Notes under the pieces: generated by a model | Databases searched by the model: none | What the model saw: the letters and a program-made list of their open reading frames with translations, nothing else | What the model was told of the DNA's origin: nothing | Translations under genes and position numbers: made by a program | Assembly: GCA_025358155.1 (NCBI GenBank) | Contig: JANYKR010000080.1 | Coordinates: forward strand, 16,019-80,018 | Source: Betaproteobacteria bacterium | Lineage (GTDB): Bacteria; Pseudomonadota; Gammaproteobacteria; Burkholderiales; Burkholderiaceae_C | Reading direction: 5' to 3' | DNA: 64,000 bases | Shown here: positions 1 through 7,582 of the stretch, one piece after another | Numbering within the stretch: the stretch's first letter is position 1 | How the letters are laid out: each line of letters starts with the position of its first letter

Positions 1-271
1 ACAGGCGCACCAGCTCGCCCCGGCGCGGCGCCGGCACGGTACGCCAGGCGCAAAACGCCGACTGCGCCCGGCCGATGGCGGCGTGCATCGCCGCTGGGTC
101 GGCCTGATGTACCGCGCCAGTGGTCGCGCCGGTGATGGGGGAGCGGGCGGCCAGCGTGCCGCCGGTGAAGCTGGCCGGGTCTGCGCCCAGGGCCAGCAGC
201 AGCGCGCGGGCGTCGGGGTGGCCGGAGTGGGTGCGGGTGGTCGAGTTGGCGGCGGCGGTCGGGGCGGTCAT
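1..271 (-). CDS. Aldehyde dehydrogenase, ALDH7/aminoadipate-semialdehyde dehydrogenase-like (N-terminal part; runs off the window edge)
   Basis: Manual translation from ATG at 271 (AAGGA upstream): MTAPT...SPITG...AFCAWRTVPAPRRGELVRL, a typical ALDH7 N-terminus. Lies directly downstream of the saccharopine dehydrogenase-family gene. Confidence 0.8.
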   Translation of the reverse strand, partial: MTAPTAAANSTTRTHSGHPDARALLLALGADPASFTGGTLAARSPITGATTGAVHQADPAAMHAAIGRAQSAFCAWRTVPAPRRGELVRL

Positions 272-321
272 GGTCAGTCCTTGGGAGAGGGGCCGGCGGG
301 TGCGGCAGGCATGTCGCGCAC

Positions 322-1446
322 TCAGCCTATGGATTCCACCTGCCGCGACTGCTGGTAGGCGGCGCCGAACCGGTTGGCCAGAAAGGCCGGCAACTCTACC
401 TGCTCTTGCCGTATGAAACCGCTGGCCGGCAGCTTGCCGTCGCGCAACAGATCGACCGCTGCGCAAACGCCAGCCGCTGTGGTGATCTGGATCGCTGAAA
501 GCGGCGCGCCCTCGCTGCGGTCGGCAAAAATCTTGCGGGCAAACACCTCTTGCAGCAGTTGCCCGCGCTTCAGGCCGCTGACGGTAACGAACACCAGCAC
601 CACGTCCTGCATCGTGCCGGGCACGCTCTTGCGCAGGATGTCCTTGAGGGTCTGCGGGTCGTCCTTGAGCTGCAGGTCTTCGAGCAGCATCTTCATCAGC
701 GCCTGGTGGCCGGGGTAGCGCACGCTTTTGTAGTCGAGCGTGCGCACCCGGCCTGCCAGCGTCTCGCACAGCGTGCCCAGGCCGCCCGAGGTGTTGAAGG
801 CCTCGTACTCGGTGCCGTCGAGTGAAAAATGCTCCAGCCCTTCCAGCGCCAGCAGATCGAGCCGTTGGCCGTCGCGGATCGCCTCGCAGGGGTGGCAATA
901 CTCGTTGATCAGGCCGTCCACGCTCCAGGTCAGGTTGTACTTGAGCGCATTGGTCGGGAAGGCGGGCAGCGCGCCCACCCGCATCTTGACGTCATGCAAA
1001 ACCTCGAAGCCACGCGCCAGGTGCTGCGCCACGATGCCGATGAAGCCCGGCGCCAAGCCGCACTGCGGCATGAAGGCGGTGGCCGCGCCAGCCGCCAGTT
1101 GTTTGATGGCACGGGTGGCCGCCACGTCCTCGGTCAGGTCAAAGTAGTGGCAGCCGGCCTGCAGGGCCACGGTGGCGGTAGCCACGGCCAGGTGGTAGGG
1201 CAGTGCGTTGACAACGGTGTCATGGGCGCCACCGCCCGGCGCCTGCAGCAAGGCCGCCAGCAGCGCCATGCCGTCTTCGGTATCAACCAACCGGGTGCTG
1301 ACATGGCGGCCGGCAATCCGCGCCAGCGCGGCCGGGTTTTTGTCGAACACGGTGACCCAGTAGTCGCCGCTGTCACCCAGCAGACGGGCGATGGTCTGGC
1401 CAATGTGGCCGGCGCCGAGCAGCGCAACACGGGACGGGGCGGGCAT
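322..1446 (-). CDS. Saccharopine dehydrogenase family protein (candidate L-lysine 6-dehydrogenase)
   Basis: GAGHIG Rossmann motif, QCGLAPG, YNLTWSVDGLINEY, FNTSGGLGT, YKSVRYPGH. ATG at 1446 has an AGGAG RBS; the longer ORF start at 2148 is not supported. Confidence 0.85.
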   Translation of the reverse strand: MPAPSRVALLGAGHIGQTIARLLGDSGDYWVTVFDKNPAALARIAGRHVSTRLVDTEDGMALLAALLQAPGGGAHDTVVNALPYHLAVATATVALQAGCHYFDLTEDVAATRAIKQLAAGAATAFMPQCGLAPGFIGIVAQHLARGFEVLHDVKMRVGALPAFPTNALKYNLTWSVDGLINEYCHPCEAIRDGQRLDLLALEGLEHFSLDGTEYEAFNTSGGLGTLCETLAGRVRTLDYKSVRYPGHQALMKMLLEDLQLKDDPQTLKDILRKSVPGTMQDVVLVFVTVSGLKRGQLLQEVFARKIFADRSEGAPLSAIQITTAAGVCAAVDLLRDGKLPASGFIRQEQVELPAFLANRFGAAYQQSRQVESIG

Positions 1447-1528
1447 GGGGATCTCCTGAATGCGGTGGGGCGGCGGGCGGATGACGGATAGCGGATGACG
1501 CCGGTGACACAGTTTCGGCAGATCCGCT

Positions 1529-1552
1529 GACGAATAAAAGCCTGAGTTCGTC
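1529..1552. promoter_or_regulatory. Inverted repeat GACGAA-N12-TTCGTC in the divergent promoter; possible Lrp-family operator
   Basis: Dyad read directly between the divergent dehydrogenase and Lrp genes; function is inferred. Confidence 0.3.
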
Positions 1553-1590
1553 GAAACGCTGCAAAATCCTGCCGTATCGGCGATGTCTAT

Positions 1591-1650
1591 CGTCGAACCG
1601 TCGAACCGTCGAACCGTCGAACCTCCAGCCTCCAGCCCCCAGGCCCCAGC
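1591..1650. repeat. Tandem microrepeats: CGTCGAAC x4 followed by CYCCAGS x4
   Basis: Perfect 8-mer x4 at 1591-1622 and degenerate 7-mer x4 at 1623-1650. Confidence 0.9.
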
Positions 1651-1665
1651 CGCCGGCCAATTGCC

Positions 1666-2103
1666 ATGCCCAGAGATGCCACCGACCGCGCCCTGATCAG
1701 CCTGCTGCAGGCCAATGCCCGCGAGAGCACTGCCAACCTGGCACGCAAGCTCGGGTTGGCGCGCACCACGGTGGTGGCCCGGCTGGCCCGGCTGGAGCAG
1801 AGCGGCGTGATCGTCGGCTACACCCTGCGGCTGGGCGCGGACGACGGGCGGCCCCAGGTGCGGGCGTTTGTCGGCATCACGCTGCAGCCCCAGCGCAGCC
1901 GCGATGTGATGTCGCGGCTGGCGCAGCTGCCCGAGTTGCTGCAGCTGTCTTCCGTCAGCGGCGAGTTCGATTGCATCGCCTTGCTGCGCACCGAGACCAC
2001 CGCCCGGCTCGATACGCTGCTCGACCAGATCGGCGCGATCGACGGGGTACAGAAGACCACCACCTCGGTCGAACTGGCGCTGCGCATCGACCGCGGCCGT
2101 TGA
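1666..2103 (+). CDS. Lrp/AsnC family transcriptional regulator
   Basis: N-terminal HTH (DRALISLLQANARESTANLARKLGLARTTV...RLEQSGVIVGYT) and C-terminal RAM domain (VSGEFD). Confidence 0.95.
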   Translation: MPRDATDRALISLLQANARESTANLARKLGLARTTVVARLARLEQSGVIVGYTLRLGADDGRPQVRAFVGITLQPQRSRDVMSRLAQLPELLQLSSVSGEFDCIALLRTETTARLDTLLDQIGAIDGVQKTTTSVELALRIDRGR

Positions 2104-2132
2104 GCCCGCCCGTGGCCCCGCCACTGCAGTGC

Positions 2133-2160
2133 AAAAAAAACGCCGCAATCGCGGCGTTTT
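2133..2160. terminator. Intrinsic terminator, probably bidirectional (stronger on the minus strand)
   Basis: A8-CGCCGC-AATC-GCGGCG-T4 hairpin with T tracts on both strands. Confidence 0.8.
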
Positions 2161-2185
2161 GAGCTGGCAGCGTGGGCGCCGGGCT

Positions 2186-2272
2186 TCAGAACTCGTAGCG
2201 CAGCGTGGCCTGAATCGCCCACTGGCTCTCGCCCTTGGCCTGGCGGGTCACCAGGTCCTCGGTGGCGGGCAT
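2186..2272 (-). pseudogene. C-terminal remnant of an outer-membrane beta-barrel protein (TonB-dependent receptor-like)
   Basis: Reads MPATEDLVTRQAKGESQWAIQATLRYEF*. It ends in an alternating hydrophobic beta-signal with terminal Phe, followed by the T8 terminator. Confidence 0.6.
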
Positions 2273-2295
2273 GGTGGTGCCTTGCACAGGTTGAG

Positions 2296-2790
2296 GTGGT
2301 CAACAAAGCGATCAGCGAACCCGAAGTGCAAGCCGCGCAGCAGGCCTGGTGCAAGGCGCTGGTCGACATCAGTGCCACCCACACCAGCAGCGGTCAGCCC
2401 GCCGCCAAGGCCTTGGCCGAAAAGGTGATTGATGCGGCCGATGGCTACCCGATGGGCGCAGTGCTGTTCAAGCCGACGTTGACGGTCAACCCGCAGACGC
2501 TCCGCACGACAGGGGCCGGCGCACTGTCGCACTTTGTGGGCGGTGATCCGGTTTACCCCAAGGACACCGGCTTTGCGCTGAAGGGATGGACCCAGTGCGA
2601 GGTGGCCAACTCGGGGGTATTCATCGTCGGCGCCAGCGCCAGCGCCATGGGCAAGGTGCATTTCACCGGCAAAGACGGCAAGGTGACCAAGGTGGACAAG
2701 ACCTGGGGCTTCGTCAAGGACGATGCTGGCAAGCTCCGCATCGTGATGCACGACTCGTCGCTGGAGTACGCGGGCAGCTGTTGCCGCTGA
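2296..2790 (+). CDS. COG4337/NTF2-like protein related to iota-class carbonic anhydrases; possibly degenerate
   Basis: VLFKPTL, GALSHFVGG, DTGFALKGW, LRIVMHDSS. The family motif HHSS appears here as HDSS. Confidence 0.65.
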   Translation: MVNKAISEPEVQAAQQAWCKALVDISATHTSSGQPAAKALAEKVIDAADGYPMGAVLFKPTLTVNPQTLRTTGAGALSHFVGGDPVYPKDTGFALKGWTQCEVANSGVFIVGASASAMGKVHFTGKDGKVTKVDKTWGFVKDDAGKLRIVMHDSSLEYAGSCCR

Positions 2791-2871
2791 TGGCGGGCAA
2801 CTGCCGCAACGCCGCGTCTGAGCTCGACCGCTTTGTCGCGAAGCCACAAAGCGCTCATGAAAGCCTGAGCC

Positions 2872-4194
2872 TCAGCGCTGCGGCATGTCCTTGACCGAAA
2901 AGCCCAGGCTGACCGTGGCATCGGGCGGGATCGGCGGCAGGGTGGCGTCCCAGGCCAGCCAGGCGTCGCGCATCGCGCTCAGGCGCTCGGGGTGGCGGTG
3001 CGCCAGGTTGGCACGTTCGCGCGCGTCCTGGCTGATGTCGAACAGGTATTCATGTTCGTCCACCTTGAGGTACTTCCAGCGGCCGAGCCGGGTGGCGCGC
3101 TGCTGGCGGTGCTTCATGCGCCAGTGCATCGGCCGCTCAAAGCTGATCGACGGGTCTTGCAGCACGCCGCACAGCGACACACCGTCTGGCGGATGGTCGG
3201 GGTGCGGCTGGCCGCCGCCGATGTCGAGCAGCGTGGTGGACCAGTCCATAGTCATGCAGTGCTGGTGGCTGACGCCGCCGGCCATAATCCGCCGCGGCCA
3301 GTGCGCCAGCCAGGGCACGCGGATGCCGCCTTCGGTCAGGTCCATCTTGCCGCCGACCAGCGGCCAGTTGTCGGAGAAGCGCTCGCCGCCGTTGTCGCTG
3401 GTGAAGACGATCAGCGTGTCGTCCAGCAAGCCCTGCTGGCGCAAGGCTTCGACCAGTTGGCCGATGCCTTCGTCCATGTGGTGGATCATGCGCTGGTAGC
3501 TGTCCACGCTGCCGCCCGCCAGGTGGAACAGGTTGCCGGCCACCGTGGGCGCCACCTCGGCGTCATCGCGGGTCTCCCAGGGCCAGTGCGGCGCGGTGTA
3601 GTGCAGGCTCAGGAAGAAGGGCCGGCCACCGCGCGCAGCAGCGGCCTGGCGCTCGACATACGCAACCGCGCGCTGCGACAGCACATCGGTCAGGTAGCCC
3701 ACCTCGTGGTGCGCCGATTCACCCTGGTAGAGATCGTGGTCGCCCTGCGACGAGCAGTGGGTGAAGTAATCCACCCCGCCGGCCATGATGCCGAAAAACT
3801 CGTCGTAGCCCGAGCGCAGCGGGCCGAACGACGGCGGGTAGCCCAGGTGCCACTTGCCGATCAGCGCAGTGGCGTAGCCGGCCTCGCGCAGTTGCGAGGG
3901 CAGGGTCGGCAGGTCGGGCGGCAGGCCCAGCGTCGTGCTGTTTTTGCTGCGGCTGTTGAGCGGCTCTTCCAGCGCACCGCGCAAGCGGTACTGGTAGCGC
4001 ATCGTCATCAACGCAAACCGGGTGGGTGAGCACACCGGGGCATTGGCATAACCCTCGGTAAAGCGCAGCCCGCCTGCGGCCAGGGCGTCGATGTGCGGCG
4101 ACACCGCGCCAAACGCGGCGTCGCGCCCGCCATAACAGCCCAGGTCGGCATAGCCGAGATCGTCAGAGACGATGAAGATGATGTTGGGTTTCAT
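2872..4194 (-). CDS. Cys-type (formylglycine) sulfatase / arylsulfatase
   Basis: PNIIFIVSDDLG, CSPTR core motif, GKWHLG, YTAPHWP, SDNGG, GGIRVP. No signal peptide. Confidence 0.93.
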   Translation of the reverse strand: MKPNIIFIVSDDLGYADLGCYGGRDAAFGAVSPHIDALAAGGLRFTEGYANAPVCSPTRFALMTMRYQYRLRGALEEPLNSRSKNSTTLGLPPDLPTLPSQLREAGYATALIGKWHLGYPPSFGPLRSGYDEFFGIMAGGVDYFTHCSSQGDHDLYQGESAHHEVGYLTDVLSQRAVAYVERQAAAARGGRPFFLSLHYTAPHWPWETRDDAEVAPTVAGNLFHLAGGSVDSYQRMIHHMDEGIGQLVEALRQQGLLDDTLIVFTSDNGGERFSDNWPLVGGKMDLTEGGIRVPWLAHWPRRIMAGGVSHQHCMTMDWSTTLLDIGGGQPHPDHPPDGVSLCGVLQDPSISFERPMHWRMKHRQQRATRLGRWKYLKVDEHEYLFDISQDARERANLAHRHPERLSAMRDAWLAWDATLPPIPPDATVSLGFSVKDMPQR

Positions 4195-4208
4195 GGCTTT
4201 GCCTGCGG

Positions 4209-5210
4209 TCAGTCCAGCCCCAGGTGAATCTGGCGAGCAACCTCGCCCCACTTCTTCGAGTCGGCGGCCAGCGCGTCTGCCGCTTGCTGCGGCGTGCTGC
4301 CAACAACCACCTGGTCATTGGCGCGGAGCTTGTCGCTCACGTCGCTGGTCTTGAGCGCGTCGACAAAAGCCTGGCGCATCTGCTCGATGACGCTAGCGGC
4401 GGTGCCTTTTGGCGCAAACATGACGAGCGAAAAGTCGGCCTGGTAGCCGGCCACGCCGGCCTCGGCGATCGTCGGCACCTCGGGCACAGCCGGTGACCGC
4501 TTGCTGCCTGACACGGCCAGCGCCACCAGCTTGCCGCTGCGCACAAACGGCAGCACCGTGGGCCCCGCCAACAGGCCACAAGGCACCTGGTTGCCCAGCA
4601 GGTCTTGCGTGGCGGGTGCCGGGCCCTTGTAGGGGATGTGGTTCATCTCGAAGCCGGCCTGCGCCAGCAACAACTCCATCGACAGATGGCCCGGCACACC
4701 GGCGCCACCGGAGGCGTAGCTCAGCTTCTCGGTTTTGGCCTTGGCCTTGAGCTCGGCCAGGGTCTTGACGCCCAGGGCCGGGTTGCAGACCAGGATCTGG
4801 CCGAACTGGGTGGCGATGCTGACCGGCGCCAGCTGCTCGACCTTGAACCCGGTGTTCTTGTAGACATGCGGGTTGACGGTGACCACAGAGTCGGGCGCGA
4901 ACAGCCAGGTGTAGCCATCCGGCGCGGCGCGAGAGACCTCCGCCGTGCCCAGGTTGCCCCCGGCGCCGGGCTTGTTGTCGATCACGATCGGCTGCTTGAG
5001 CGTGGACTGCATCTTCTCTGCGGCCAGGCGCAGCACGATGTCGCTGGGGCCGCCGGGCGGAAAGGGCAGTACGATGCGGATCGGCTTGACGGGCCAGGGG
5101 GTCTGGGCCTGGGCCAGCCCGGCGACGGCGGCCAGGGCCGACAGGGCCAACAGGGGCAACAGGGCCACAAGCTTGAGGCGACGAGAGCTCACGGGATCTC
5201 CTGGATGCAC
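4209..5210 (-). CDS. Bug/TctC tripartite tricarboxylate transporter substrate-binding protein
   Basis: Signal peptide, WPVKPIRIVLPFPPGGPSD, DNKPGAGG, HIPYKG. Confidence 0.93.
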   Translation of the reverse strand: MHPGDPVSSRRLKLVALLPLLALSALAAVAGLAQAQTPWPVKPIRIVLPFPPGGPSDIVLRLAAEKMQSTLKQPIVIDNKPGAGGNLGTAEVSRAAPDGYTWLFAPDSVVTVNPHVYKNTGFKVEQLAPVSIATQFGQILVCNPALGVKTLAELKAKAKTEKLSYASGGAGVPGHLSMELLLAQAGFEMNHIPYKGPAPATQDLLGNQVPCGLLAGPTVLPFVRSGKLVALAVSGSKRSPAVPEVPTIAEAGVAGYQADFSLVMFAPKGTAASVIEQMRQAFVDALKTSDVSDKLRANDQVVVGSTPQQAADALAADSKKWGEVARQIHLGLD

Positions 5211-5310
5211 CGGCGGGTGCCTTGCGCCGGACTGTAAGCGGCCGGCCGGGCTGGCGCCGAACCGGGTTGGCTGGGGGGCAGCGGGGGGCGTTGGCGAGGG
5301 GGGCGTGAGC

Positions 5311-6438
5311 TCAGCGCAGGGTGGGCGTCAGGCCCTCGCGCCGGGCCCAATCATTCAGCGCGTCAGCGGCGGTGCGGCATGCCGCCTCGGGCAAGAACGA
5401 GGCGGCGGCGGCGTCCAGCCCCATGCGCAGCAGGTCAGCCCAGCTGAAACCCGCGCCCACCAGGTTGGCCGCCTCGGTGCTGTGGTCCAGCCGCGACATC
5501 AGCGGGTTGTCGGTGTGGAACGACAAGCTCACCCCCGCCCGCCACAGGGCGTGGATCGGGTGCAGCGCCAGCGACCCAGCGGCGCCGGTGTGCAGGTTGC
5601 TGGTGGGGCAGATCTCCAGGTGCACCGCCTGTTGGCGCAGGCCCGCCAGCGCGGCTGCTGCGCCGGGGGCGTCCAGCAGGTCGGCCAGCCGCACGCCGTG
5701 GCCGATGCGCTGGGCGCCCAGGCGCACGGCTTCGAGCACCTGTTCACCCGCGTCGGCCTCGCCGGCATGCAAGGTCAGGCCCAGACCGGCAGCGCGCACC
5801 CGCGCCAGCAGCGCGGTGTGGCGGGTGGCCGGCCAGCCGGCCTCGGGCCCGGCCAGATCAAAACCCACCACCCGTGCCCCGCCGCCCTGCCCGGCCTGGG
5901 CATGCCAGCGCAACGCCAGGTCGGCCGCCCTGCCGATCTGGGCATCACTCTCATGGCGCATGGCGCAGACGATCAGGCCGCTGGTCAAGACGCTGCGCGA
6001 CAGGCCGGCCAGCAGGGCGGCAACGGCGGCATCGCCACTCACGCCGTGGGCCTCGAACAGCAGCGGCGCGATGCGGAACTCGGCCAGTACACAGCCTTCG
6101 GCCCGGGCGTCCTCGGCCGCCTCGAAGGCCACCCGCGCCAGCGCCTCGGGCGTTGCCATCGCCGCCACCGTCAGCGCAAAGCCGCGGAGGTACTCCTCCA
6201 GCGAGCCGGCATGGGCGCGCGCGTCGAACCAGGCGGCCAGCGACGCCTCGTCCTCGGCTGGCGCGGCCAGGCCTCGCTCTCGCAGCAAGGCCAGCAAGGT
6301 GGCCACCCGCAGGCCACCGTCCAGGTGCTCATGCAGCAGCACCTTGGGCAGGCGCCGGGCCTGGCGCAGCAGATCAGCGGGCGGCTGCGGGCCATCGGCA
6401 GCAGCGGTTTGGACGTTGGCAGCGGGCATGGCGCGCAT
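5311..6438 (-). CDS. add: Adenosine deaminase
   Basis: LHEHLDG, GFDLAGPE, LHAGE, RIGHG, LEICPTSN, TDNP. Start at 6438 or 6429; divergent from the nucleoside ABC operon. Confidence 0.88.
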   Translation of the reverse strand: MRAMPAANVQTAAADGPQPPADLLRQARRLPKVLLHEHLDGGLRVATLLALLRERGLAAPAEDEASLAAWFDARAHAGSLEEYLRGFALTVAAMATPEALARVAFEAAEDARAEGCVLAEFRIAPLLFEAHGVSGDAAVAALLAGLSRSVLTSGLIVCAMRHESDAQIGRAADLALRWHAQAGQGGGARVVGFDLAGPEAGWPATRHTALLARVRAAGLGLTLHAGEADAGEQVLEAVRLGAQRIGHGVRLADLLDAPGAAAALAGLRQQAVHLEICPTSNLHTGAAGSLALHPIHALWRAGVSLSFHTDNPLMSRLDHSTEAANLVGAGFSWADLLRMGLDAAAASFLPEAACRTAADALNDWARREGLTPTLR

Positions 6439-6561
6439 GCTAGTGCAGTGTTCGACACGGCACTGGCGGCGCCCAAGCCGGGCAAGACCCTGGCCGCGCG
6501 AGGCCCGGGTCTTGCTATCCTGCCGGGCAGCTACATCCACCTCGCCGGGGACCTTGACCAC

Positions 6562-7539
6562 ATGAAACATGCCGTACTGGCCGCGATCGGCCTGACCTGC
6601 CTGAGCCTGGCCGCAACCCAGGCCCGTGCCCAACCCGCCGTGATCTACGACATGGGCGGCAAGTTCGACAAATCCTTCAACGAGGCGGCCTACAACGGCG
6701 CCGAACGCTGGAAGAAGGAGACCGGCAAGCCCTACCTCGATTTTGAAATCGCCAACGAGGCCCAGCGCGAGCAGGCGATGCGGCGCATGGCCGACAAGGG
6801 CGCCTCGCCCGTCATCGGGGTGGGCTTTGGCCAGGGCTCGACGATGGAGAAGGTGGCCAAGGATTTCCCGAAGCTGCAGTTCGCGATCATCGACTCGGTG
6901 GTCAAGCTGCCCAACGTCGAGTCGGTGGTGTTCAAGGAGCAGGAGGGCAGCTTTCTGGTCGGCATGATGGCCGCGCTGGCCAGCAAGACCGGCAAGGTCG
7001 GCTTCATCGGCGGCATGGACATCCCGTTGATCCGCAAGTTCCAGTGCGGCTATGAGCAAGGCGCCAGGTACGCCAACCCCAAGGTCGAGGTCAGCGCCAA
7101 CATGACCGGCACCACGCCCTCGGCCTGGAATGACCCGACCCGCGGCAGCGAGTTGGCCAAGGCCCAGTTTGCCAAGGGCGTGGATGTGATTTTTGCCGCC
7201 GCTGGCGGCACCGGCGTGGGCGTCTACCAGGCCACCAAGGACGCCGGCAAGTTGGCCATCGGCGTGGACAGCAACCAGAACCACCTGCACCCCGGCACCA
7301 TGCTCACCAGCATGGTCAAGCGGGTGGACGTGGCGGTCTACTCGCTGTCCAAAAAGACCACCCCGGGCGTGACTGTGCTGGGGCTCAAAGAGGGCGGGGT
7401 GGACTACGCGATGGACCAGTACAACGACAAGCTGGTCAGCGCCGACATGAGAAAAAAGGTGGACTCCGCCAAGGCCGACATCATCAGCGGCAAGATTTTG
7501 GTGGCCGACTACATGGCCAACAACACCTGCAAATTTTGA
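6562..7539 (+). CDS. BMP family nucleoside ABC transporter substrate-binding protein
   Basis: Signal peptide; YDMGGKFDKSFNEAA, FKEQEGSFL, AAGGTG, IGVDSNQN. Confidence 0.93.
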   Translation: MKHAVLAAIGLTCLSLAATQARAQPAVIYDMGGKFDKSFNEAAYNGAERWKKETGKPYLDFEIANEAQREQAMRRMADKGASPVIGVGFGQGSTMEKVAKDFPKLQFAIIDSVVKLPNVESVVFKEQEGSFLVGMMAALASKTGKVGFIGGMDIPLIRKFQCGYEQGARYANPKVEVSANMTGTTPSAWNDPTRGSELAKAQFAKGVDVIFAAAGGTGVGVYQATKDAGKLAIGVDSNQNHLHPGTMLTSMVKRVDVAVYSLSKKTTPGVTVLGLKEGGVDYAMDQYNDKLVSADMRKKVDSAKADIISGKILVADYMANNTCKF

Positions 7540-7582
7540 ACCCGCACTGAACCCGCACTCAACCCGCACTCAACCCCCGCTG
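7539..7582. repeat. 11-bp tandem repeat AACCCGCACTS x3 plus a degenerate fourth copy
   Basis: Fills the whole gap between the BMP stop codon and the ATPase start. Confidence 0.85.

Noticed and set aside
1591-1650. Possible CRISPR array
   Set aside because: Units are 7-8 bp with no spacers, and there are no cas genes in the window.
1447-2148. N-terminal extension of the 608-aa ORF 322..2148
   Set aside because: It overlaps the Lrp gene antisense; homology and a good RBS start at 1446.
4945-7569. 864-aa and 752-aa ORFs as giant fusion proteins
   Set aside because: Each is a real gene (BMP or add) plus stop-free antisense read-through of the other, which is common at high GC.
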